In this document: piece by piece, positions 8,648-18,772 of the stretch
How positions within the stretch are numbered: position 1 is the stretch's first letter
How the letters are laid out: every line of letters starts with the position of its first letter
Virus record (IMG/VR): IMGVR_UViG_3300023213_000432
Coordinates: 160,001-224,000 of that record
Length of the DNA: 64,000 nt
Direction: 5' to 3' (one strand)
Source: a virus
Taxonomy: Duplodnaviria; Caudoviricetes
The notes under the pieces: model-generated
What the model was told of the DNA's origin: nothing
Databases searched by the model: none
What the model saw: the letters and a program-made list of their open reading frames with translations, nothing else
Position numbers and translations under genes: made by a program

Positions 8648-8870
8648 CTGGATTGATAGTATTAAACAAGACGGATCTTTTTGTTCTCTCATCACTTCTA
8701 CTGGTGGGGCTTGCATCTATCGACTCAGCGATCGAAAGTGGAAATGGGAGGCTCGTTCCAATGCTGTTACCTTTGTGGATGACAATAGTGGTTGCGGTGT
8801 TTGTTTGCTTAAAGATGATGCTAAGCAAGAAGCAGAGGAATGGTTGAGAGCGCACGGAGAAACTTTATGA
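8640..8870 (+). CDS. hypothetical protein
   Basis: 76-aa ORF overlapping neighbours in operon fashion. Confidence 0.5.
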   Translation: MSNWIDSIKQDGSFCSLITSTGGACIYRLSDRKWKWEARSNAVTFVDDNSGCGVCLLKDDAKQEAEEWLRAHGETL

Positions 8871-9091
8871 TCAAAAAGACTAAGAAATATATTCTGACTA
8901 TTGAGTTCGATACCAAGAAAGCTTGTGAATATTTTATGGAATACCTATGTGAGGCTGGCGAACAGGATTATTGGAAGAGCATGGAGTATGTCGAAGAAAA
9001 GGATACTAGCGACGGTATCACCGCGATCGATTTTGATTATGACTTTAAGAAGGGCAAGATAAAGACTGTTAGTGGAAGACTAGATAAATGA
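8867..9091 (+). CDS. hypothetical protein
   Basis: ATG at 8867 overlaps the upstream stop; its stop overlaps the helicase start. Confidence 0.55.
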   Translation: MIKKTKKYILTIEFDTKKACEYFMEYLCEAGEQDYWKSMEYVEEKDTSDGITAIDFDYDFKKGKIKTVSGRLDK

Positions 9092-10581
9092 CCTCCAAGT
9101 TTCCTCCCAAGAAACCTGAGCAATATATTTTTAAACCTGCTCCGAAACACGAGTGGAACAAATGGCAGCAAGCCATCTTTAAAAATGTCAGTAGCGGGAC
9201 TGGACATACCATTATTGAAGCTTATGCTGGTTCTGGGAAAACGACGACGATTATTGAAAGTTTTCGATACATCCCTAGAGGCAAAAAGTCTATCGCACTC
9301 GCATTTAATAAAATTATTCAAGAGGAACTTCAAGCTCGCGCTCCCAACTTTATAGAAAAAAGAACATTTCATTCCATCGGGCTTCAATGTTTGAAACAAC
9401 GGTTCGGAAACATAGAGATCGATGATAACAAAGCGTTTAATATTGTCAAATCAATTTTAGATACGAATACTAATAATGATTTAATTGTCAATCTGTGTGA
9501 TGCTATTGCGTTTTGCAAATACGGATTGTTGGATACGCCAAGTCAAATTGATGATTTGATTGATCGGTTTGGAATTGATGTTTGTGATTTGCCGCGCTCA
9601 AGTTTTATCGAATTAGTTATTAAGGCATTGGGGGAGTGCAAAAGACAAACCAATATAGTTGATTTTAATGATATGTGTTATCTTCCATTCGTCCTTAATC
9701 TTCCATTAGGAAGATTTCATTTAGTTTTTATCGATGAATACCAAGATCTTAACAAAAGTCAGCTGATAATGGCAAAAAAAATGTGTGACCCTAATGGTGG
9801 AAGGATTATTGCGACCGGAGATGCAAATCAAGCGCTTTATTCATGGCGACTATCTGACACATCTGTGATGGATGAAATTAGAAAACAACCCACCACCAAG
9901 ATTCTTACACTTCCTGTTTCTTATCGTTGTCCTAAAAAGATAATCGCCTTAGCTCAACATTGGGTGCCAGACATTACTTGTCCCGATACTGCCATTGAGG
10001 GTGAAGTGCATGACATTTCTCTTAATTCTCTCTACGATAAAGCGACGCCCGGTTGTTTTATTTTGAGTCGTACTAATGCTCCTCTGATCAAGATTTGCAT
10101 GAATTTTATCAGGCTTGAAATTAAAGCTAATATTCGTGGAAGGGATGTTGGAAAATCTCTTACCTATCTCATTCGCAAATCTAAAAAAAAGAAGATGGAT
10201 GCTTTTCTTAAATGGTTAGAAGATTGGAAAAATGAGGAAGCTGATAAACTTCAAAAAAAGAATATCAATCCCGAAAATATTCTTGATCGATATGAATGTT
10301 TAGTTAATATTTGTGAAGAATGCAAAACATTGGATGAAGTAGTCAAAAAAGTGGAAGAGTTGTTCAACGATACCGATGAGAAGAATATCGTGATTATGAG
10401 CACAGTGCATAAGGCGAAAGGACTTGAAAGAGATGATGTTTTTGTGCTTCGATGGACTTTTCGGGAATGGTTGGATGAGAGTTTGCAGTTTGTAGAAAAG
10501 CCTAATGAAGAAATTAATATAGCATATGTCGCCGGATCGAGGACGTGCAAAAGGCTTTTTTTAGTCAATAAGTTCATCTAA
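9088..10581 (+). CDS. UvrD/Rep-family superfamily 1 helicase
   Basis: AYAGSGKT Walker A, FIDEYQD, GDANQALYSWR, SYRCP, STVHKAKGLE, YVAGSR. Confidence 0.92.
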   Translation: MTSKFPPKKPEQYIFKPAPKHEWNKWQQAIFKNVSSGTGHTIIEAYAGSGKTTTIIESFRYIPRGKKSIALAFNKIIQEELQARAPNFIEKRTFHSIGLQCLKQRFGNIEIDDNKAFNIVKSILDTNTNNDLIVNLCDAIAFCKYGLLDTPSQIDDLIDRFGIDVCDLPRSSFIELVIKALGECKRQTNIVDFNDMCYLPFVLNLPLGRFHLVFIDEYQDLNKSQLIMAKKMCDPNGGRIIATGDANQALYSWRLSDTSVMDEIRKQPTTKILTLPVSYRCPKKIIALAQHWVPDITCPDTAIEGEVHDISLNSLYDKATPGCFILSRTNAPLIKICMNFIRLEIKANIRGRDVGKSLTYLIRKSKKKKMDAFLKWLEDWKNEEADKLQKKNINPENILDRYECLVNICEECKTLDEVVKKVEELFNDTDEKNIVIMSTVHKAKGLERDDVFVLRWTFREWLDESLQFVEKPNEEINIAYVAGSRTCKRLFLVNKFI

Positions 10582-10624
10582 TTAGTCGCCCAATAAAATC
10601 GCATCTTGACGATAAGAACCAAGC

Positions 10625-11920
10625 ATGCTATTACTTCTGCTTTTCAATCCATCGGCTACTGTTTTCAATCCTATTTCACCTCTGCCGGGGCCGGAACCGC
10701 TTCCTCCTAGCGGACCTCGGTTTAGAATGGTGGGACGAGACGAAAACTCTAGTCCCACTCACTTTCGAAGCTGGGTAGTTAATGGTCAGCCCGATTTCCC
10801 CGCCGCTCTTTACGGTGGATTGAAATCCGGCATCAATCCTTTACTAGATGTCAAAGCTTATGAAATTTTCGATCCTACTAGTCCATTTGATTTTAGCCTG
10901 CCAGATGTTCTAAATTGGAACACGACCAAACGGGTGCTTCCTGCTGTTATTTCCAATTCTCAACTTGCCATTATGGATGGTTATGTTTGGTTATTCGGTT
11001 CTCAAAACTCTGCCAAGATTTGGCGAGCCCCTCTTAATAATCCCGCGGATTGGACGGATACTGGGGCTACTTTACCTAAAAACATTTCCGATAGTCAGCT
11101 AGCCGTAATCGATGGCTATGTTTGGCTATTTGGAGGTTTAACGGATGGATACACTGGGAGCGAAACTGATGAAATATTTTCTGCGCCCATTTCCAATCCA
11201 TTATCTTGGACTAATCGAGGTCATGCTCTACCCAAACCACTGTCCGCTTCTCAATTGGTGATCGTGGATGGTTACATGTATATGTTGGGCGGAAGATTGA
11301 ATTCAGGCCCCTATGATGGAATTTGGCAAGCCCCGATTACTAATCCACTAATTTGGACGGATACCGGAAAAAAACTTCCCAACAAGGTGTTCAATTCTCA
11401 AGTATGCATCACTCGTTCTGATGGATATGTTGAACTTCTGGGCGGACAACTTGATGGATATCACTTCACTGATCTTATTTATTATGCTTCCGTTTTCAAT
11501 CCAACTTCTTGGGCTGTTGCTGGAAGATTACCAGCTCAATGTGCGGGCGGACAATTTGCCCAAATAGCCGGTAAGGGATATCTCTTCACGCCTGCCAATA
11601 TTGGCGCTTCTAACACTCGTATTTTTCGGTGTGATTTCGGAACTAATCCTTTTGCTTGGGTGGATGTAGTTAATACTATTCCGGGTGAAATTTCTCAATC
11701 CCAAATAGCGATAATCGATGATAGATTATTTTTATTTGGAGGTTCGGGCAGTAGTGTGATTTTTGCTAGTGACCAAATCATCAAATATCAATTTGCCTCA
11801 CCAGCCGCTTTACAGTATGGATTTATTACTCGCACTCAAGTTTTGGGTATTGGTAATGCTAACAATTTGTTCAAAGTGCTAAGCATGCAACCTTGGAAAA
11901 CCGGATATTTAGATTTTTGA
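10625..11920 (+). CDS. Kelch/galactose-oxidase-like beta-propeller protein
   Basis: Repeated SQL.IIDGYVWLFGG...APxxNPxxW motifs. Confidence 0.75.
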   Translation: MLLLLLFNPSATVFNPISPLPGPEPLPPSGPRFRMVGRDENSSPTHFRSWVVNGQPDFPAALYGGLKSGINPLLDVKAYEIFDPTSPFDFSLPDVLNWNTTKRVLPAVISNSQLAIMDGYVWLFGSQNSAKIWRAPLNNPADWTDTGATLPKNISDSQLAVIDGYVWLFGGLTDGYTGSETDEIFSAPISNPLSWTNRGHALPKPLSASQLVIVDGYMYMLGGRLNSGPYDGIWQAPITNPLIWTDTGKKLPNKVFNSQVCITRSDGYVELLGGQLDGYHFTDLIYYASVFNPTSWAVAGRLPAQCAGGQFAQIAGKGYLFTPANIGASNTRIFRCDFGTNPFAWVDVVNTIPGEISQSQIAIIDDRLFLFGGSGSSVIFASDQIIKYQFASPAALQYGFITRTQVLGIGNANNLFKVLSMQPWKTGYLDF

Positions 11921-11963
11921 TTTGAACTTGACAATTGTATTTTAATAATTAGGATTAGTAGAG

Positions 11964-13085
11964 TCAATCACCACCAACACAAGGTTGATGGCTTGCCGCT
12001 AACATTACTGTTGCGGCATATGGCTCATTGACCAGAGCCTGCTCCTTGTCTATCAAGGAGAGAAGTTCGCAAGCATTTTGCTTGCTCTGCTTTTCAAGCA
12101 GATAATTGTTTCGGATGTTGATAGCAGCGTTGAGATCTGCATTACTTTTAAATCCACACTTACCACAATTAAACAGAGATCTGTCCCGATTAACTTTCTC
12201 GGTATGTCCACAGTTAGAACATTTTTGGGAAGTATAGCGAGCATCTACTTTAACTATTTGCTTCCCAAGCTCTTCTGCTTTATATACCAAAAATTGTTCT
12301 AATTGGTAGAACGTCCAATTAGCAAGCCAACCGTTTAATACTTTTCCTTTCCTATGTTTTCTGATCCCTGTTAAATCTTCCAAAACGAACACATCATATG
12401 GCAAACTAACTAACCATTTGCTGATGATATGATTAATATTACGGCTGAACCGCATTTCTCGTCCGGAACGCTTTTTGAGAAGCCGTTTCGCAGAGCGAGT
12501 GCCTTTTGCCATAAGTTGTCTTTTCACAAAAAGAAACTTGCGTTTCTGCTTTCTGATCTCCCATGCATTATATTGTTGTCCGTCCGACAACGAGACGACA
12601 TTATATAATCCACGATCCACTCCAATAACTTTGTCTGATTGTTTAGTTGTCGGAGTAGAAGAGGTAAAAGTTAGGTTAGCCTTGAAGCAATTCTGTTGCT
12701 TGTTGAAGCCAATAGTAGCGGACTGAAACTTCCAACCACTGTATTTCTTAAAATAAGAAGGAATGCTAATAAGTTGGCGGATTCGTTTTCCGCTCCAAGA
12801 GAAGGAAAGAAGATTGCCCCGAAGAGAAACGGTATTCTTATTGTAGCGAATAGCGGAGTAGGGTTTTTTGATAGGCTTGAATTTAAACTTAACAGCTTTA
12901 ACCGCTTCCAAAGCCTGATCTCGAACGCTTTGAATAACACAGGATGGAATGTTAGGGAACTCTTGGCGGAGTTAACGAGTTTGGAAAGCCCATTCTACGT
13001 GTCGATTGAAGATATCGGAGCAAGTTTTTAGGTAATCGAGGAAGCCGGCGGGAACTTCAATTTTGATGGGCAGAGTTCGTTGCAT
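11964..13085 (-). pseudogene. tnpB: TnpB (IS605 OrfB) with an in-frame stop near the N-terminus
   Basis: ATG at 13085 reads MQRTLPIKIEVP...WAFQTR, then TAA at 12974-12972, then LRQEFPNIPS... in frame with ORF 11964..12911 carrying GVDRG, LEDL, YTSQKC, CxxC and NADLNAAINI; right end TTGAC at about 11963. Confidence 0.85.
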
Positions 13086-13183
13086 TCAAAACATATATGT
13101 CATTATTGATAGATGTTGAAAGAAAAAGAAAGGGGCAGCTATTCTCATAGCACAGGACTATGGATTTCGTTGCCTAAGAGATC

Positions 13184-13564
13184 ATGAAAGACCAAAAACA
13201 AGACCCAATAGTTTGTTATCTTGTAGTTAGAGAAAGTTTAGGAATGACTATGGGAAAAATGGCGGTTCAATGCTGCCATGGCATTCAATATGTATTGGAA
13301 GGATATTATGGTTGGAAATATACTGGACTTGGAACTAAAAGCGTCGAATTGGTGGATGACTGGATAAAGAGCGGACACCGTAAAGTAGTTCTTAAAGCTG
13401 ATGAAAAAGAATGGAAGCAATTAGAAGAATTGTCAGAAGATCATAAAGTGGTAATAGATGCTGGCCTTACTCAACTGGAACCCGGAACATCAACGGTGAT
13501 CGCATTTTTTCCGATGCGAAAGAGTCAATGTCCTAAAATTATCAAAAGATTGCAAGTATTATGA
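13184..13564 (+). CDS. pth2: peptidyl-tRNA hydrolase, Pth2 (archaeal/eukaryotic type)
   Basis: LVVRESLGMTMGKMAVQCCHG, KVVLK, VIDAGLTQLEPGTSTV. Confidence 0.88.
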   Translation: MKDQKQDPIVCYLVVRESLGMTMGKMAVQCCHGIQYVLEGYYGWKYTGLGTKSVELVDDWIKSGHRKVVLKADEKEWKQLEELSEDHKVVIDAGLTQLEPGTSTVIAFFPMRKSQCPKIIKRLQVL

Positions 13565-14316
13565 ATAATGATAGTTTGGGCGACCGTATGAAGTGTTTTG
13601 AGGATGCTTACAGAATTAAATTACCTATTCGTATGCCTGTAATATTGAGAGTCGATGGTTGTCATTTTCACTCTTACACTAAAGGATGTCAGCGCCCATT
13701 CGATGAGAAACTCATTGACTGCATGAATGATACCGCTATCTATTTGTGTAAAAACATCCAGGGGGCGCAACTTGCATATGTTCAATCCGATGAAATTTCT
13801 ATCTTATTGAACAACTACAAAACATTAGAAACACAATCTTGGTTTGAAAATAATCTTCAAAAAATGGCCAGCGTTTCTGCTTCAATGGCTGGAGCGATTT
13901 TTACAGCTAATTCTACTAAGATTTTTGGAGAAATCAGAATGGCAACGTTTGATGCTCGTGTTTTTGTTTTGCCCAAAGAAGAAGTCTGTAATTATCTACT
14001 TTGGCGGCAATTAGATAGTTCCCGCAACTCTGTTCAAATGGTAGCCCGCTCTCATTTTTCTCATAAACAATGTGAAAACAAAAACTGTTCTCAACTTCAA
14101 GAGAAACTTTTTCAAGAGAAAGGTATTAATTGGAATGATCTTCCTACGTGGCAGAAACGAGGACGGTGTGTTGTTAAGAAAAACAAAATGAAAGAAAGTG
14201 TTAATACCCAAACAGGAGAAAAAATAATTGCAGAACGTTCCGAATGGGTTATTGATAATAATATTCCGCTCTTTAATCAATCCCGTGAGTATGTGGAAAA
14301 ATATGTCTGTTTTTGA
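13561..14316 (+). CDS. thg1: tRNA(His) guanylyltransferase / Thg1-like 3'-5' polymerase
   Basis: LRVDGCHFH, YVQSDEIS, FDAR, YLLWRQLD..RNS, KGINWNDLP..KRG. Confidence 0.92.
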   Translation: MNNDSLGDRMKCFEDAYRIKLPIRMPVILRVDGCHFHSYTKGCQRPFDEKLIDCMNDTAIYLCKNIQGAQLAYVQSDEISILLNNYKTLETQSWFENNLQKMASVSASMAGAIFTANSTKIFGEIRMATFDARVFVLPKEEVCNYLLWRQLDSSRNSVQMVARSHFSHKQCENKNCSQLQEKLFQEKGINWNDLPTWQKRGRCVVKKNKMKESVNTQTGEKIIAERSEWVIDNNIPLFNQSREYVEKYVCF

Positions 14317-14392
14317 GAAATCTGTCAAAGATCTGGGATATAGGGACAAGTAAAAGAAAAAATGAACTCTAACCCTCTAACCAAAGGAACTC

Positions 14393-14875
14393 ATGATATT
14401 ATCAAAACTTACTGCTTGGGTATTAGCTGCAGCATTGGTGGCGTCAGGAAATACCACTCCAATGCCTCCCAAATTAGCCCACGGTATCAGCACGATGAGC
14501 TTATCGTTCCCAATTTTCGGTGGGACTGATGGAGCGCAACAAACCGCTGCATTATTGGTGATTTTTGCATGGGGCGAAAGCGGTTATCAAAATCATTTAG
14601 TAGCGGATGATACTTATGGCAAGAAATCGTATGGCGCTTTTATGATCCAAGATTGTGGGCCATATTCTTGTCTGGAGATCATTTCTGATACACAGAAGAG
14701 TTCTTATATGAGCATCGTTTGGCTCGCTAGATCCATGAAATATTGTCCCGAATATCCATTCTGGTTCAGTATATATGCTAGTGGCGGATGTAATAATAGT
14801 GCTGGTAGATTTATCTCCAAAGATCGTTTGCAAAAAGCAAATAATCTAATCAAGATAGTAAAAATAGAAGACTAA
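14393..14875 (+). CDS. secreted lysozyme/transglycosylase-like protein
   Basis: Signal peptide followed by WGESGY and GAFMIQ, resembling an SLT-type catalytic Glu motif. Confidence 0.45.
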   Translation: MILSKLTAWVLAAALVASGNTTPMPPKLAHGISTMSLSFPIFGGTDGAQQTAALLVIFAWGESGYQNHLVADDTYGKKSYGAFMIQDCGPYSCLEIISDTQKSSYMSIVWLARSMKYCPEYPFWFSIYASGGCNNSAGRFISKDRLQKANNLIKIVKIED

Positions 14876-14920
14876 AATAGTCAATATTGCTCAGTGCGCT
14901 GAGACGAAATAAGAGATTTA

Positions 14921-15538
14921 ATGCAAGTTATTATTAATGGAATTCAGTCCGATACTGGTCAATCTATTACCGAAGAAACTTTTAATCGTTGCAATACTTT
15001 TGCGGAAGAATCTGTTGATAGTAATGCGGATCGATATGCGCGGCGCAATCAGTTTAATATTGAAAAAATAAAACTCGATATTCGAACCGGCAAGTTGGGA
15101 GAAGAATTAGTTTATAATATATTAGTCAAACAATTCCCCAATTTAACCAAACCAGATCATACAATTTACTCCAAAAAAGACAAGTCGTGGGCGCCTGATT
15201 TAAGCGATCCTGGTAGCGGAATTGTTATTGGAGTCAAGAGTCAAGAGATCAAATCGGAATTAGCTTATGGAAGATCTTGGGTCTTCCAATATCGAGCCGG
15301 CAAAAATTATGATAGCGACAAGGGTATCTTCGGAGAAAAAGATGACAAACATTATGTGGCGTTTGTTTCTATTAATTCTACCAAAAGAATCGGCGAACTG
15401 CGTGGTGTGGTGAAAGTAAATTGGTTGCATGAAAATAAGTTGTTTAAACCAATGAAGTTGCAACATTTGCAGAATAACAAAATGGCTGTTTATTATGAAG
15501 ATTTGGCTAAGTATGGAAAAGCTTTGTTTCAGCTATGA
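14921..15538 (+). CDS. putative PD-(D/E)XK nuclease
   Basis: GKLGEELV...PDL...IGVKSQ; stop overlaps the methylase start. Confidence 0.45.
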   Translation: MQVIINGIQSDTGQSITEETFNRCNTFAEESVDSNADRYARRNQFNIEKIKLDIRTGKLGEELVYNILVKQFPNLTKPDHTIYSKKDKSWAPDLSDPGSGIVIGVKSQEIKSELAYGRSWVFQYRAGKNYDSDKGIFGEKDDKHYVAFVSINSTKRIGELRGVVKVNWLHENKLFKPMKLQHLQNNKMAVYYEDLAKYGKALFQL

Positions 15539-16365
15539 TCAAAAGCCCCTTTCGATATCCCGGTTCTAAAAATAAAATGATTGTCCCAATAATGGAACAT
15601 CTAATTCCATTAATAGAAAAATATAAAGTATATTGCGAGCCGTTTATTGGAGGGGGCTCTATTTTGTTAGAGATCGCAGAAAAATATCCCAAATTAGAAC
15701 TTTTTGCCAATGATCGCGACGATTGGTGTTCAAGTTTTTGGCAAGTAATGTCTGATCCTGATACCACCAATCTAAATAGATTGCTCCAACTATTGGATAC
15801 TCAACCTACCATCGAACATTTCTATCAACTTCGCGAAACTCCATCAAATGATGTAATGGATTGTGCTTACCGTGCACTGTATTATAACCGCTGTTGTTTT
15901 AGTGGGATTGTGATGAAGGATGATAAAGGGATGGTCAAATCCAATCCCATTGGGGGCAAAAATCAAAAATCCAAATGGAAAGTTGACTGTCGCTATAATG
16001 CCAAAAAGTTAAAGGAAAAAGTCATCAAATGTCATCAATTATTAGCTGGAAGAACAACAGTGGAATGCAAGGACTTTTCGGAATATGATATGTTAATCAA
16101 ATCAGATTATCCTGCCTATTGCGATCCTCCATATGTGATTAAAGGCGGAATGCTTTATTCTGAAAATATGTCACTGATAGAACATAAGCAGTTAGCTAAT
16201 GTTCTGAACAAACGAAATAATTGGATTTTGTCATATGATGATTGCGATGAAGTTAGAGAAATGTATAAAAATAATCAGATAACTACTATTAGGGCCGCAT
16301 ATACAATAAATGGCAAGAAAGAAATGTGGAAAAATAATAACGAATTGATTATTGAACCGATATGA
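15535..16365 (+). CDS. DNA adenine methyltransferase (Dam/D12 class)
   Basis: FRYPGSK, EPFIGGGS, YCDPPY, LSYDD. Confidence 0.9.
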   Translation: MIKSPFRYPGSKNKMIVPIMEHLIPLIEKYKVYCEPFIGGGSILLEIAEKYPKLELFANDRDDWCSSFWQVMSDPDTTNLNRLLQLLDTQPTIEHFYQLRETPSNDVMDCAYRALYYNRCCFSGIVMKDDKGMVKSNPIGGKNQKSKWKVDCRYNAKKLKEKVIKCHQLLAGRTTVECKDFSEYDMLIKSDYPAYCDPPYVIKGGMLYSENMSLIEHKQLANVLNKRNNWILSYDDCDEVREMYKNNQITTIRAAYTINGKKEMWKNNNELIIEPI

Positions 16366-17522
16366 AAAAAGAAAGGAAAAAGTTAAGCAATGAAGAGCTT
16401 TTAGAAAATATTAAACTTTATCTAAAAGTAAATAAGCCGGGCTCGTCTTGTTTAGGTGTTGAAAGACGAGCGGTTTATATAATTTACGCCACAATTAAAT
16501 GTGAAAACGGCCACATTTGGACAACAAAATTTTCTCATATAAAATCGGGGCATTGGTGCGCAGCATGTTTGGGTATTGCAAAGAAAAGTCTAACAGATGT
16601 TCAAATATTTCTAGATCATAATTATAGTGGTTATGTTTGTATAAGTGATGATTATTTTAATACACATATCGACCTCAACATAAAGTGCAATAAAGGGCAT
16701 TCATTCAAAATTAGTTATAAACATTTAGTCCAAAATTCAGTTGCAGGTAAATGTCCAATTTGTCACCATAAAAGAAGAAGACGATTGAGTATTGGGCATA
16801 TCCAGAACTATCTAGACACTAATCATTGTGGTTCCAAATGCATAAAAATGTATCACAAAATCAATAATATAAAAACATATCTGTTAATAGATTGTGGTAA
16901 TGGACACCAATTTGGAATTAGATCGGATGCTCTATTTTTAGGGACATGGTGTCAAAAATGTAGAAAGATTAAAAGCAAAAACGAAATTATTGCGATAATA
17001 ACTGAAAGATGTTCAGAGTCCAAGTTGTTGGATGAAAATTACGTTAATGATAGATACCTGATGTCAATTTACTGTGGTAATGGTCATCAATGGAAAATTA
17101 ATGCTAATAATTTAAAAGATGGACATTGGTGTCCTAAGTGTAGTGAAAGTTTTGGCGAAACTATAACTCGTAAGTATTTTGAAGAAATTTTTGGATTTCA
17201 GTTTCCAAAGGTAAGACCAAATTGGCTCAAAAATCCTATCACTGGATATAATTTAGAACTTGATGGATATTGTGCTGAATTAAATATAGCCTTCGAATAC
17301 CAAGGAGATCAGCATTTTAAAAAAATACCCTTCTTTAAAATGACTGATGAGAGACTTATCTTGTCTCAGCAAAGAGATCAATTTAAAAGGAATTTATGTC
17401 AAAAAATGAACATATCTCTCATTGAGGTGCCACAATTAACTTATTATTTTAGAAAAGACGATCTATATAGGCTTATAATTGATGCTTGTTTGAAGTTGAA
17501 TATTTCGCCAAAGAATACATAA
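16362..17522 (+). CDS. zinc-ribbon repeat protein with C-terminal PD-(D/E)XK/Vsr-like nuclease domain
   Basis: Repeated C.NGH.W...GHWC..C modules; ELDGY...AFEYQGDQH. Confidence 0.75.
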   Translation: MKKERKKLSNEELLENIKLYLKVNKPGSSCLGVERRAVYIIYATIKCENGHIWTTKFSHIKSGHWCAACLGIAKKSLTDVQIFLDHNYSGYVCISDDYFNTHIDLNIKCNKGHSFKISYKHLVQNSVAGKCPICHHKRRRRLSIGHIQNYLDTNHCGSKCIKMYHKINNIKTYLLIDCGNGHQFGIRSDALFLGTWCQKCRKIKSKNEIIAIITERCSESKLLDENYVNDRYLMSIYCGNGHQWKINANNLKDGHWCPKCSESFGETITRKYFEEIFGFQFPKVRPNWLKNPITGYNLELDGYCAELNIAFEYQGDQHFKKIPFFKMTDERLILSQQRDQFKRNLCQKMNISLIEVPQLTYYFRKDDLYRLIIDACLKLNISPKNT

Positions 17523-17556
17523 TTAAATTTGTTGTAGAAATTTGAAGGAGCACGTA

Positions 17557-17871
17557 ATGAAGTATTTGTTAATGTTATGTATGCTATTAAGTTTGACAAG
17601 TTGTGTGGTAGTTGGCCCCGCTGATGTTTACACAGATGAGTGTGTAGTTTTTCATGATGATCTTGGAGAGCGAGAAGTTTGTGGAGTTCGTTATTATCGA
17701 ACTCCCAAAGGCGATCTCTATTATTATGATGAGCGCTTCTCTATTTGGGTCGGCCCGAGAGGGTTTTATCGGGGCGGGATTTATTATTTTGGAATCCATC
17801 CGGGCTATCGCGAATATTACGGCCCTAACTGGTATTATCCTCACGGCTATTTCCGCTACAGAATTCGATGA
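17557..17871 (+). CDS. putative lipoprotein
   Basis: MKYLLMLCMLLSLTSC lipobox after GAAGGAG; Tyr/Gly-rich tail. Confidence 0.6.
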   Translation: MKYLLMLCMLLSLTSCVVVGPADVYTDECVVFHDDLGEREVCGVRYYRTPKGDLYYYDERFSIWVGPRGFYRGGIYYFGIHPGYREYYGPNWYYPHGYFRYRIR

Positions 17872-18164
17872 TCTTGATCTATATTCTTGCCATTTTTGGA
17901 CTTAATTTTGCTATTCGTCAAACAAGCGGGCCTTATGGAAGCATTGCTTGGCTTCGCAATAAGTTAATGTCCAATAGGCATTTAGGCGTCCTTTTTTACC
18001 AACTCTTAGAATGCTCGTTTTGTAGTGGGTTTTGGTGTGGAATTGTGATATGCCTGCTCCAAGGAGAAATACATATTAATCAACTTATTGTGTGGGGTTT
18101 GGCAGGCGCAACTATCAGTCTTATCTTAGATGCAACATTGACCAAATTGTGGTACGAAAAATGA
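17868..18164 (+). CDS. membrane protein (DUF1360-like)
   Basis: Hydrophobic helices with an LLECSFCSGFW motif. Confidence 0.6.
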   Translation: MILIYILAIFGLNFAIRQTSGPYGSIAWLRNKLMSNRHLGVLFYQLLECSFCSGFWCGIVICLLQGEIHINQLIVWGLAGATISLILDATLTKLWYEK

Positions 18165-18769
18165 TCCAACAGTTTTGGGATAGGTGTTCTCTTTGTCCGG
18201 TATGTCATAACCGCCGAGTTCTTAGGGCTTCTGTTGGCCCGGATCGTTTCTTTCGAGACACTTCTTTTCAAAAAGAAGATAATGTTTTTCGGATCAAAAC
18301 CTATTATAAATGGAAAGATTTGAGATATTGTATTCATTTTGATATTGATTGTTTGACCAACACATTTACCGCTTCCTTTGAGGATCAATCAGATCAGTCA
18401 ATGGATGCCGCTATGAGTTTGGAAGATGAGAAATTATTCAAGAGAGTAGATTATGCTCGACCTTATTTTTGGATTGATGGAAATTGTCATCATTGCGAAA
18501 GAACAGCCATTCATACTACCGATATCATTCTTGATATGAGAACTATGCAACTAATACATAATGATATTGGAATCGAAAGAGAACTTATTTATGTTATGAA
18601 TCAATATGAAATAATTTTGCGCCCGCTTCAAAAGGAAATGGATATTGGCAAGCTAATAGACGGTGGTATAAAAATGAGCCAATACTTAACATGTCCTTTA
18701 GTAGATATCGATTTTTCTAATCCCGAACAAGCATTAAAGCGAGTAGAAACTTTATTAGTGTTTGGATGA
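18161..18769 (+). CDS. hypothetical protein with CxxC motifs
   Basis: Likely start MIQQFWDRCSLCPVC overlapping the upstream stop. Confidence 0.6.
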   Translation: MIQQFWDRCSLCPVCHNRRVLRASVGPDRFFRDTSFQKEDNVFRIKTYYKWKDLRYCIHFDIDCLTNTFTASFEDQSDQSMDAAMSLEDEKLFKRVDYARPYFWIDGNCHHCERTAIHTTDIILDMRTMQLIHNDIGIERELIYVMNQYEIILRPLQKEMDIGKLIDGGIKMSQYLTCPLVDIDFSNPEQALKRVETLLVFG

Positions 18770-18772
18770 GAT

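Noticed and set aside
12671-13031. Overlapping ORFs 12696..13031 (+) and 12671..12940 (-), and other antisense or shadow ORFs in the track
   Set aside because: They overlap well-supported genes on the other strand or frame and have no motifs or SD; they are likely artefacts.
13172-13186. 12-nt match taagagatcatg shared with the groES 5' region, which is part of the mini-element guide
   Set aside because: It matches only the TAM-distal part of the guide, has no adjacent TAM, and is short enough to be chance in AT-rich DNA.
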